In this document: positions 31,310 through 39,927 of the stretch, one piece after another
Numbering within the stretch: the stretch's first letter is position 1
Layout: every line of letters begins with the position of its first letter
Virus record (IMG/VR): IMGVR_UViG_3300005253_002057
Coordinates: 1 to 64,000 of that record
DNA from: a virus
Reading direction: 5' to 3' (one strand)
DNA: 64,000 bases
The notes under the pieces: model-generated
The model's database searches: none
What the model saw: only the letters and a program-made list of their open reading frames with translations
What the model was told of the DNA's origin: nothing
Position numbers and translations under genes: made by a program

Positions 31310-32136
31310 AAATTTGCATTATTAGTCCCATAGACTATCTAGAAGAGCTAAGTGTACATACTAATAGTCAGATGATGTTAGCCCATCTAGTGCTCAAGAG
31401 TCTTAAGTATAGAAACTTCTATAGGGCTATGGTCGAGCGTGGTGACTTCATAATGATGGATAATAGCTTTCATGAGCTAAGAGAAGCCTTGCCTACTCTT
31501 GAGTTAGTTAAGGCAGTTGAATCCATAGGTAGAGTTGATGTAATGGTAGCCCCAGATGTGTGGCCTAAGAGAACTGAAACAGAAATTCTCACTAAGATGT
31601 TTCTTGATGAGCCAAGAGTGCAAAGGCTTAGGTCAGAAGGTACAAGAATAATGTATGTAGCTCATGGAGGAACTATTGAAGCATTTAGCCTAGCTGCTCA
31701 TTTTTGTAAGGCTCAAGACCTTGATTACATAGGTCTTAGTAGCGAGAATGCTAGTAGTGGGGGCTTATCCAGAGCAGAAGCTACTAGAGCTATATTAAAA
31801 GAAGGCTTTGAGGGAGATATACACTGGTTAGGTATAGGACAACCAGTTATGGCAGTTATACAGGCTGCTTGTTCTGTAGGAGTGGCTAGTATAGATGGCT
31901 CTTCTCCTATAAAGATAGCAACCAGGGGATATCCTTTTGACTTCAGAGGCTCAGTAAAACCTACAATGGATTTAGAACAAGGTGAGTATACTGAGAGTAT
32001 GATTATTAGATCAAAGGTTATTATCTCTCAGATGAAACAGATAGTTCTAGCTAAAGGTATTAGTAGTAAGGCTCAAACTGAGCATGAAAAAGTACTTAAT
32101 AATCCTAGCCAGTGTGGAAGAGGAGATCCTCATTAA
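31306..32136 (+). CDS. TGT-fold DNA guanine transglycosylase (DpdA-like)
   Basis: MMDNS, VAPD, YIGLS, IHWLG and SIDGSSP follow the order of TGT/DpdA barrel motifs; lies in an operon with folE and queCDE. Confidence 0.72.
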   Translation: MKICIISPIDYLEELSVHTNSQMMLAHLVLKSLKYRNFYRAMVERGDFIMMDNSFHELREALPTLELVKAVESIGRVDVMVAPDVWPKRTETEILTKMFLDEPRVQRLRSEGTRIMYVAHGGTIEAFSLAAHFCKAQDLDYIGLSSENASSGGLSRAEATRAILKEGFEGDIHWLGIGQPVMAVIQAACSVGVASIDGSSPIKIATRGYPFDFRGSVKPTMDLEQGEYTESMIIRSKVIISQMKQIVLAKGISSKAQTEHEKVLNNPSQCGRGDPH

Positions 32137-32139
32137 GTA

Positions 32140-34869
32140 ATGGCAAAAGCACAATGGGCTAGGCTAGATAAATCTTGGGCTTCTAGACTTGAGTTTTATG
32201 ATCTTGATAAGCGAGATCAGAAAAAGCTTGCTGGAAAGCGTAAGCATCCTTTAGCTAAGTGTGAAGAATGTCCTCTTGAAAGAAAGGTATGTGTTCCTGG
32301 CTTTGGCACAAGAAAAGCACAGATAGTTTGGTGTGGTGAGTCTCCAGGGGCGCAAGAGTTATGGGCTAGGGAGCCTTATATAGGGCCTGCTGGAAAGCTA
32401 CTAAAAGAAATACTCAAAGAGGAATCAATACCTATAGAGGACTGCTGGTTTACTAACTCCACTCTTTGCTTAATGAGCGAAGATGAAGAATGGGCTGAGA
32501 AAGAAATACAAGCATGCTCAGATAGATTATTTGATGAGATAGCAGAAGTCAATCCTAAGTTGGTAGTTGCTTTAGGAGCAGATGCTTTCTACTCCCTTAC
32601 TGGATTTGATGAAAAGATAACTTTAGTATCAGGTACTATGTTCAAAACAAAGGATGGAAAGTACGATGTACTACCTATAATCCATCCTGCTTATGTTCTT
32701 CATAATGAGGGAGAAGTGTCTAATTTTAGGCACTATGTACGTCAGGTATTTAGATTAGTTTATGCTCCCAGTCTTACCTCTAGACTTAAAGATCCAAATA
32801 CTACATTAGTATTAGATGAAGATTGGGAAGATGCTTGTAACTTAGTTCATAAGAAGGCTAGTAAGACTGGGAAATTACTTATAGATATAGAGTCCACTGC
32901 CTATGATCCTTTAAGAGAGAATTTACTTATTGTAGGTGTTTCTCCTGATGGAATTAACTCCTATCTTTTTCCTACTGCAGAATTTGATGAAGACGGAGAA
33001 TGGTTAAGACCTATAGAGGAAAATGTTCCTGAAGAAAGTATTAAATTTAAGCAACTTAATAAGTTAATTTCTGAAAGAGAAGCCTTTGAGAGAGAAGGGC
33101 ATAATGTAGACTTTGACCAGAAATGGTTGAAGAGTAGAGGCTTTGATGTATACTTTACTAGAGATACTTTTCTTGCTGACTATACAATGCATGAACAAGC
33201 TGGAGGTCATGGACTTAAGTCATTAATAAATTATCACTTTGGAAATGATGACTGGGAGAAAACTCTAAAGAAGGGACTAGGAAAGATAAAGAACTACGCT
33301 GATATTCCAGTTATTTCAATGAACGAGTATGCTGGTAAAGATGTTGCTTGGAACTGGTCTCTAGGCGAGAGTCAGCGTAATGAGTTAATGACTGATGATG
33401 ATAAGTTTGTACACGATGAGATACTCATAAAGTGTATGCACACATTCTCAGCTACTACTTTAAGAGGCTATAAAGTAGATCTAAAGAAGTCTCTTGAGTT
33501 AGTAGAAGAGCTTACTGATAAACTGGATTATCATGCCTCCACTCTTAGGGATCTAGTTGAGGATACTAGCTTTAATCCCGGCTCCAGTATTAAGGTTTCT
33601 GCCTATCTATATGATGAGCTAGGGCTACCTACTATCCTTGGAAGAAACTCTCAGGCAAAAACTCTTAGGGCTGTACAATCTTATTGTATTGATAGAGTTA
33701 CTAATGGGAATGATACAGACGGAACTCTTGCTCACGCTTTAGAGTTTATAGATTCTAAGTTGGAGTATGCTTCCCTTGCGAAAGAAGTAGGAACTTATGT
33801 AGTAGGAATAGTTAGAAAGCTAGGACCAGACTTAAGACTACATCCTAGAGTACGTTTAAGTGGGGCTGTTACTGGCCGTATTGCTATGGATGAGCCCTCT
33901 TTACTTAACTTCTTAAAGGGCTCAAGAGTTAGAGAGCAAATAGTTCCAGATAATGATGAGTGGCTAATAGCTGAGGCTGATGCTAAACAGTTTGAGCTCC
34001 GCTACTATGCCGATTACATAAAAGATGAAACCTTAACTAAAGGATTGGCCAATCCAGACTATGATCCTCATGATGAAGCTACTACTTTAATATTCAAGCA
34101 AGTAATAGAATTATGCAGAATTATAGCACGGGCTGAAGTTAAGGAGGTAGCTGAGAGAGCGTACGAGGACCTTAAGTTATTAGGTACTAAAACTGGTAGT
34201 TATCTTACTGAAGAAGCCAGAAGAGCAGTATTTTATTCAAAGCTCCCAGATAATATATCAGCAATTCCTTTTGAACAAATAACGAAAGCCTTTTCTGACT
34301 GCTGTGATATATACAGAAGAATTGCAAAGACAGTAGTATTTGGACTTCTTTATAATAGAGGGGCTCAAGCTATAGCCAGGGCATTTAGAATTACATATGC
34401 TGATGCTTTATTATGGATAGAAGCTATAAAAGGTCCTTGGGAGGGAGTTCCTAGATATGAGGACTATGTAAGAAAGTGTCTGGATGAAGATGGAAGAATA
34501 ACTTCTCAGTTTAGACGTTGGCGTAGAGCCCCTTCAGTTAATGATACTAACTGGCATGAATGGTTTAATGCTTTCATTAACTTTCCAATACAGTCTGCTT
34601 GCAATGATATAAATATGTTGAATATGAACTTGCTGTATAATAGGGAAGAGGAACTGGGAATCAAGGTAATGTGGCCTATTCATGACTCACAGATATTTCA
34701 AGTTAGAAAAGATGGATATAAAGAAAGATTAGCCTTTATTCAGACTTTACTAGAGGAAAATATACAAAAACTGGTAGGGGCAAAAGAAGTTAAGTTTGCA
34801 GTAGAGACAAAAGTGGGCCCTGACTGGTACAATGTTAAAGACGTATCAAAGTTTGAGCTGGTAGCCTAA
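32140..34869 (+). CDS. polA: family A DNA polymerase with N-terminal family-4 UDG-like domain and 3'-5' exonuclease
   Basis: UDG: CEEC, GESPG, GPAG, HPAY; exo: DIES, HNVDFD, YAGKD; pol: TGR, DAKQFELR, RRIAKTVVFGLLY, NFPIQ, IHDS. Confidence 0.95.
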   Translation: MAKAQWARLDKSWASRLEFYDLDKRDQKKLAGKRKHPLAKCEECPLERKVCVPGFGTRKAQIVWCGESPGAQELWAREPYIGPAGKLLKEILKEESIPIEDCWFTNSTLCLMSEDEEWAEKEIQACSDRLFDEIAEVNPKLVVALGADAFYSLTGFDEKITLVSGTMFKTKDGKYDVLPIIHPAYVLHNEGEVSNFRHYVRQVFRLVYAPSLTSRLKDPNTTLVLDEDWEDACNLVHKKASKTGKLLIDIESTAYDPLRENLLIVGVSPDGINSYLFPTAEFDEDGEWLRPIEENVPEESIKFKQLNKLISEREAFEREGHNVDFDQKWLKSRGFDVYFTRDTFLADYTMHEQAGGHGLKSLINYHFGNDDWEKTLKKGLGKIKNYADIPVISMNEYAGKDVAWNWSLGESQRNELMTDDDKFVHDEILIKCMHTFSATTLRGYKVDLKKSLELVEELTDKLDYHASTLRDLVEDTSFNPGSSIKVSAYLYDELGLPTILGRNSQAKTLRAVQSYCIDRVTNGNDTDGTLAHALEFIDSKLEYASLAKEVGTYVVGIVRKLGPDLRLHPRVRLSGAVTGRIAMDEPSLLNFLKGSRVREQIVPDNDEWLIAEADAKQFELRYYADYIKDETLTKGLANPDYDPHDEATTLIFKQVIELCRIIARAEVKEVAERAYEDLKLLGTKTGSYLTEEARRAVFYSKLPDNISAIPFEQITKAFSDCCDIYRRIAKTVVFGLLYNRGAQAIARAFRITYADALLWIEAIKGPWEGVPRYEDYVRKCLDEDGRITSQFRRWRRAPSVNDTNWHEWFNAFINFPIQSACNDINMLNMNLLYNREEELGIKVMWPIHDSQIFQVRKDGYKERLAFIQTLLEENIQKLVGAKEVKFAVETKVGPDWYNVKDVSKFELVA

Positions 34870-34890
34870 AGATCATAATTCATTAATTTT

Positions 34891-34931
34891 TAATGACCAA
34901 GGTTTACCATTGTCGCAGTTTCTCATATAAT
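34891..34931 (+). promoter_or_regulatory. late promoter with conserved TAATGACCAAGGTTTA element
   Basis: TTTACC-17-TATAAT; the 16-mer recurs exactly at 44889. Confidence 0.65.
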
Positions 34932-34989
34932 CAGGGTGAGTTTAAGTGTGCAAGACACTAATCTGGCTCAGAAAGTGAGGAACAGAACT

Positions 34990-35196
34990 ATGGAGATGGT
35001 AGGAGCGCTGATTGGCGTAGTTATAGCGATGGTAGTGGGAGTAGCCTTGCTTCCAGTCATTGTGAACACTATAGCCACCCTTAATACCGAGACCACAGAT
35101 GCCTCGGTAATTTCCTTGGCGGGACTTCTTCCTATAATCCTGATTGCGATCGTGATTATGGGAGCTGTGGCTTTCGTCGCCGGCGGTCTGGGCTAG
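34990..35196 (+). CDS. putative major capsid protein, spindle-shaped virus (SSV1 VP1-like) two-helix type
   Basis: 68 aa; helix 1 VVGVALLPVIV, short polar linker, helix 2 LAGLLPIILIAIVI; first gene of the structural operon; GAGG SD; distinct codon usage. Confidence 0.75.
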   Translation: MEMVGALIGVVIAMVVGVALLPVIVNTIATLNTETTDASVISLAGLLPIILIAIVIMGAVAFVAGGLG

Positions 35197-35330
35197 TAGC
35201 TGTTACGAGAATTTTCTAGCCCAGACGATAATTAGTGAGTACGGTGCTACTAGCTACGCCTAGCGTATCGGGGTACTTAATGGTGGTGATGCTTTACAAG
35301 CATCTAATGGATAGCGAGCCCACCAGCTAG
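35186..35330 (+). other. structured intergenic RNA element after the capsid gene
   Basis: 11-bp inverted repeat GTCTGGGCTAG/CTAGCCCAGAC plus further stems (GATGCT/AGCATC, TGGTGG/CCACCA). Confidence 0.55.
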
Positions 35331-35358
35331 TTATGAATATGTCTTACAGGTTTTCCCT

Positions 35359-35583
35359 ATGTCAATAAGAATGTCTGCTAGAGGAAGTGCTTGGATAGAA
35401 AAGCAGCTTCTTCGAGAAGGACCAGGAACAGTTCCAGAACTGGTCGCTGCATTTATAGTCACCTCCAAGAATCCTATAGATTCTGTTGAAGATATACAGG
35501 TTGAGCTAACTGCGCTTGACCCTGACTTGGTTGAACGTTCCTTTATAGCCCTGTCACAGCAGGGAATGGTACAGGTGACTTAG
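35359..35583 (+). CDS. small wHTH-like protein (permuted family)
   Basis: N-terminal IRMSARG and C-terminal FIALSQQGMVQV. Confidence 0.45.
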   Translation: MSIRMSARGSAWIEKQLLREGPGTVPELVAAFIVTSKNPIDSVEDIQVELTALDPDLVERSFIALSQQGMVQVT

Positions 35584-35584
35584 C

Positions 35585-38497
35585 ATGTTTAATATTGAAG
35601 AAGAACAAGAAGAAGAAAAAATCTGGGTTCTTAGTAAGAGATCTGATCAGAGAAAGAAAGACAAAAAGGCAAGTAAAGCTGCAGTAAGGGCTAGAAGAGG
35701 CGAAAGAAGAGAAAAGAGACTAAGTCTTAAGAAGGAGAAGAAGAAGAAAAAGTCTACTGCTATTCAAAGGCTTAGGGGTAAAGGGCCAAAGATAAGTTCC
35801 ACTCAGATAGTAGCTGAGAAAGCCTCTACTAGGGCTACTGCTCCTCCTTCTCCTGCTACAGCTAGTGCTAGGCCTAAGCGAGGTGTAGTAGCAAGGGAGA
35901 CACAGGCTCAGTTTAAGGCTTTTCAGGCACGAGAACAATTAAAAGCGGCCCCAGCTCTTTTAGCTGCTTTTAATAAAAAGGTTGCGGACCAGAGGGCAGC
36001 TTCAGCTAAGAAGCGAGAACAAGCAGCTAAGAAGCAAGCACAAGCAGCCCTAGTAGTTAAACTTCGAGATCAAAAGAGAATAGATGATAAGAAGGCTAGA
36101 AGTACTAGGTTTACGGCTCCAGCCATTACTGGCTCTACAACCTTTGAAGACGACGCACCTGATACTGGACCCGCTTTTGCTAGAGCAGCTACCGCTAAAA
36201 GAGGAAAAGTCGCAGGATTGGCTTCACTAAGTCTTGCTGCTGCTACTAGTACACTAGCTACAACTAGGCCAACCACTGTAGCACCTAGAGATTTTAGGGA
36301 TGTAAAACCTAGAGTTACTAGACCACCAGAGACTGAACGTTTTAGAGATGAAAAGGGACAAACAGTAATAGACTTTGCTATATCCAGATCACTAGGTAGA
36401 TTTACTAAACCTAGGCCACGATCTATTACAAGAGTTGCTAGTAAAGGAGTTGTTAGTAAAGGAGTTGTTAGTACAGGAGAAAAAATAAGGAGAAGAGCTG
36501 TAGCTATATTCAGACCTAGTGACGAAGGTAGAGGTAGACAAGATCTAGGTACTGGTAGAGGGACTAGGTTCTTTACCAAGAGAGCTATTGATCTACGGCC
36601 TGATTTTGAAGAAAGCGGACTTAGCCCAAGGCAAGGAAGATTTGTGGCCCGAGGACTAGGAGAAGCAACTAAAAGGGCAAAAGAAGTAGCCCTTACAACT
36701 CGCAGAGTTGGAACCACTTCAGAGGATATTAGACAAATTAGACTACGTGTAGGAAGGACTCTTGGAAAAGCAACAGAAATAACTGATGCTAACCGAGCAG
36801 CAATAGAACGAGGGGAAATAGAATTTTTAACTCCTGTACCTAGCACTTTTAAGAGAGCACTAATAGCTGCTGAGGTTGGTAGCCTAATACTTCCTGGAGG
36901 TGTAGTTGCTAGGCCTGCAGGCTTTGTACTTAAAACAGTAGCAAGACCAGTAATAAGTTTTGCTGCTCCTAAAGTGGCTAGACTTGCTACACCTGTAGTT
37001 ACTAGAACCACTGGTTTACTAGCTAGAGGATTGGCTAGGGAAAGAGTTATAACTGGGGGAGTAAGAAGTACTAGAGGACTGTTTCAGTCAGCAGCTCAGA
37101 GGGCAAGAGAGCTAGGTTCTTCTACCATAAGAGTAACATCCCCAGTAGCTACAAGAACAGCAGCCGTAGCTTCAAGAACTACAGCTGCTGCAGGTAGAGC
37201 AGCCACTTTAGCAGCCAAGCCTGTTAGAGCAACTGGAGAAGGACTATTTAGTGTTGTTAGAGCTACACCTAGAGTAGCTAGAACAGCAGGACAAACTGTA
37301 AAAACTCTAGCAAGAGGGGCAGATGAGGGAGTAAGAATTAGTGCTAAAGCCTCTCGTCAGTTAGCCCAAACTGCCCAGCTTCAGGCTCTAGCAGCTAAAC
37401 AAGGTGGTAGTGTAGTAAGAGTAGCTACTAGAAATCCATTTGCTGCATTTGGTAGAGGAGTAGCAGGCGCTACTAAGCTAGCTGCTAAGTCTACAGCAAG
37501 AAAAGCAGCCTCTCCAGGTAGACGTTTAGCTGCTCCAGCAGCTAAGGTAATTAAAGGAGCTAAAACAGGAGCAAGAGTTGGTACAAAGGTAGTTAAACCT
37601 GTAGCAAAGCCTGTATTACGAGGATCTGGTAGACTACTTAGAAGTCCAGTAGGCTTAGTAGCTGGGGGGCTAGGTGCAGTAGTAGGAGGAGGTTTAATAC
37701 TACAAGGACTTAAAGGTGCTCCCCTTGCTCCAGCTCAGCAAGCCCCAGCCCCAGCTGCGCCAGCTGCTCCTCAAGATACTAGAAGACCCCAGAGACAGCA
37801 GCAACAGCAGGCTGCACAAGCTGTACAAGCTGCTCCAGCCCCAGCTAGAGGACCTGCTAGGGTTACTACAGTTACTCCTGTTACTGCGCCTAGTACAGTA
37901 GTAATAGATGAAGGGGCTACATCAGCCCCAAGTAGAACCCCTGTACCTATAACTACTACTCCTGGTAAGATAGCTCAGACTATAGCGGTGCCTACTATAG
38001 GTCCTGATGGTCAACCTATTATAGACCCTATTACTGGGGAAGTAGTTACTACTGTAGTGGATATAGTAGATGTTCCTCTTGTTGAAGGTGAGCCTGATGT
38101 AAGTCCTTTACCTGCTATAGTCCCACTAGTAGCAGCTGCTGCAGGTATAGCAACTGGTCTTCTTTCAAGAGGCAGAGGTGGAGGAAGCTCTAGTCAATCA
38201 TTCTTTGGTGGAAGTAGTTCTTTTATAGGGCCAACTATATTTAGAACAGCTGAGGGACAGACTGGAATAAGAATAGTGAAGGATGGTAAAGGCACTATAA
38301 CACTAGAAGTAGAGAGAGTTCCAGTTAAGAGATTTACCATTTTAGGTAGACCTTTAGTAAAGAGACCTACCAGAATCTTAGGAGCAGCAGTACAAAGTAA
38401 AGCAATAGCTTCTGCTGGTCAATCACTGCTCAATCCTCCAGTTGTAGGAAGTACAACTGTACTGGCTAAAAGAGCTTTACAAGGAAGGCTTAGATAG
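35585..38497 (+). CDS. 970-aa very basic low-complexity protein (virion internal or nucleoprotein candidate)
   Basis: R/K/A/T-rich, two short hydrophobic segments, lies between the two capsid-like genes. Confidence 0.6.
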   Translation: MFNIEEEQEEEKIWVLSKRSDQRKKDKKASKAAVRARRGERREKRLSLKKEKKKKKSTAIQRLRGKGPKISSTQIVAEKASTRATAPPSPATASARPKRGVVARETQAQFKAFQAREQLKAAPALLAAFNKKVADQRAASAKKREQAAKKQAQAALVVKLRDQKRIDDKKARSTRFTAPAITGSTTFEDDAPDTGPAFARAATAKRGKVAGLASLSLAAATSTLATTRPTTVAPRDFRDVKPRVTRPPETERFRDEKGQTVIDFAISRSLGRFTKPRPRSITRVASKGVVSKGVVSTGEKIRRRAVAIFRPSDEGRGRQDLGTGRGTRFFTKRAIDLRPDFEESGLSPRQGRFVARGLGEATKRAKEVALTTRRVGTTSEDIRQIRLRVGRTLGKATEITDANRAAIERGEIEFLTPVPSTFKRALIAAEVGSLILPGGVVARPAGFVLKTVARPVISFAAPKVARLATPVVTRTTGLLARGLARERVITGGVRSTRGLFQSAAQRARELGSSTIRVTSPVATRTAAVASRTTAAAGRAATLAAKPVRATGEGLFSVVRATPRVARTAGQTVKTLARGADEGVRISAKASRQLAQTAQLQALAAKQGGSVVRVATRNPFAAFGRGVAGATKLAAKSTARKAASPGRRLAAPAAKVIKGAKTGARVGTKVVKPVAKPVLRGSGRLLRSPVGLVAGGLGAVVGGGLILQGLKGAPLAPAQQAPAPAAPAAPQDTRRPQRQQQQQAAQAVQAAPAPARGPARVTTVTPVTAPSTVVIDEGATSAPSRTPVPITTTPGKIAQTIAVPTIGPDGQPIIDPITGEVVTTVVDIVDVPLVEGEPDVSPLPAIVPLVAAAAGIATGLLSRGRGGGSSSQSFFGGSSSFIGPTIFRTAEGQTGIRIVKDGKGTITLEVERVPVKRFTILGRPLVKRPTRILGAAVQSKAIASAGQSLLNPPVVGSTTVLAKRALQGRLR

Positions 38498-38498
38498 A

Positions 38499-38720
38499 TT
38501 GGGAATTGTAAAAACCTTCGGAGCCTTTATAGGCACAGCCATAACACTAGTTTTGCTCTGGGAGTTTCTTCCAGTTATTCAGACTTTGTTTGATGGAGTT
38601 TCTGATAACTCAGTTCTGAGTGATAGGGAACTAGGGACTATAAGTCTACTACCTTTAATAATAGTAATAATAATACTGCTGGGCTCTGCAGCTATAATAA
38701 GATCCAAACTAAAGAGATGA
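38499..38720 (+). CDS. capsid protein paralog (VP3-like minor capsid protein)
   Basis: FLPVIQ...ISLLPLIIVIIILLG, same architecture as 34990..35196. Confidence 0.7.
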   Translation: MGIVKTFGAFIGTAITLVLLWEFLPVIQTLFDGVSDNSVLSDRELGTISLLPLIIVIIILLGSAAIIRSKLKR

Positions 38721-38833
38721 AAGTCCTTGCCTTGTTAAAAACTCATTATATAGGTCTAAGTAGCTCCTTCTCCATAGTTGGAGCTTTTATGATCTGGTGG
38801 GCCTCAAATGGTTGGGACTGTCCCTTAGGTTAA
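38717..38833 (+). CDS. 38-aa membrane peptide
   Basis: ATGA overlap with the upstream stop; translation MKVLALLKTHYIGLSSSFSIVGAFMIWWASNGWDCPLG. Confidence 0.45.
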   Translation: MKVLALLKTHYIGLSSSFSIVGAFMIWWASNGWDCPLG

Positions 38834-38844
38834 GGAGGAAATAT

Positions 38845-39927
38845 ATGCCTTACTCTCATTCTTGGATAAAGCAGTTAGGACTTTCTATTGGGCTTGCTAT
38901 AGTATTTATAGCAGGCTTTGTATATCTTACAGCCCCTCCCTGTGCCTTTGGAGCAGCTGAGTGTCCTGTAGGTTCAACTTCTGTATTCTCTGAGAATATA
39001 GGAATACAAGGTGGAACTACTTTTACTACAACTATAGATAGTACTCCTACAGGAGATAGAACATATACTATACCTGCTACAGGAGCAAATGATACTTTTG
39101 CCCTACTTGGTACAAGTAATGTGTTTTCTGGTAGTGGGGCTCTACTAGATAAGTTTGTCAACTCTGGAGATGGTATAACTATTACAGTTGAGAATACTAA
39201 TGGAACTCCAACTGGATTTAGTGTAGTAGATATAATTGGCCCTTCAAGCACCGCAAACTATGAACTTCTTACTATATCTAATGATGGGGTAGATGAATCA
39301 GGAGATGTGCTTAAGATCACAGGTAATGGAGTCGTAGATGTTACCAGTGCTCAATTTAGCGTAAGTACCGCAGTAGGGGGATCTAGTGCTGGTGCAACTA
39401 TAGCTATTCCAGCTAGTGGAACCGGAGATGCTGTAACCCTATTTAGTCAGGGCGCAGCAGATGGATCTGCTAATAATATGGGATATATAATGGGTTATGA
39501 TGGTGGTGCAGGATATTTGAAGTTAGCAAGTACAGATACTGATGGAGCCTCTACTGACGCAGATATCTGGAGAGTTCTAGATAGTCAGCTATCTATAGAT
39601 GCTAACACTACTTGGGACGAGAATGTCTTTGACAGCTATAGAGATGCAGAACTATTAGCCGCTTCTATTAGTCCTTCAGCCCCTTCTTATCAGTTTGAAA
39701 ATGGAAAAGTTTTAAGAGGAAGAGATGTTCTTATAGAAGTAGGTATTCTTAAGTCTTATGATGATGAATTCGTAGGTTATAATGACCAGCGGATGGCAGC
39801 TTTGCTGGCAGGAGGCATATATCAATCAGCTGAACTTATAGAACGAAACATGGTGCTAATAGAAGAGTTAATAAATAAAGTAAATCTTTTAGAGAATGAG
39901 ATCTGTGAACTTAAAGAAGCTTGTTAA
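38845..39927 (+). CDS. membrane-anchored fibre/spike protein with C-terminal coiled coil
   Basis: AAGGAGG SD before ATG 38845; N-terminal TM; G/T/S/D-rich body; chaperone-like coiled-coil end. Confidence 0.6.
   Translation: MPYSHSWIKQLGLSIGLAIVFIAGFVYLTAPPCAFGAAECPVGSTSVFSENIGIQGGTTFTTTIDSTPTGDRTYTIPATGANDTFALLGTSNVFSGSGALLDKFVNSGDGITITVENTNGTPTGFSVVDIIGPSSTANYELLTISNDGVDESGDVLKITGNGVVDVTSAQFSVSTAVGGSSAGATIAIPASGTGDAVTLFSQGAADGSANNMGYIMGYDGGAGYLKLASTDTDGASTDADIWRVLDSQLSIDANTTWDENVFDSYRDAELLAASISPSAPSYQFENGKVLRGRDVLIEVGILKSYDDEFVGYNDQRMAALLAGGIYQSAELIERNMVLIEELINKVNLLENEICELKEAC

Noticed and set aside
34990-35196. Type IV pilin or conjugative VirB2/TrbC pilin
   Set aside because: No prepilin G|F..E motif; no VirB4, coupling protein or relaxase in the window. 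Not formally excluded without a structural search
35200-35340. tRNA gene
   Set aside because: Stems are present but no T-loop GTTC motif or cloverleaf spacing
36070-37011. 313-aa antisense ORF and similar opposite-strand ORFs (e.g. 11461-11928, 48816-49325, 61743-62189)
   Set aside because: Shadows of sense genes; no SD, motifs or operon context
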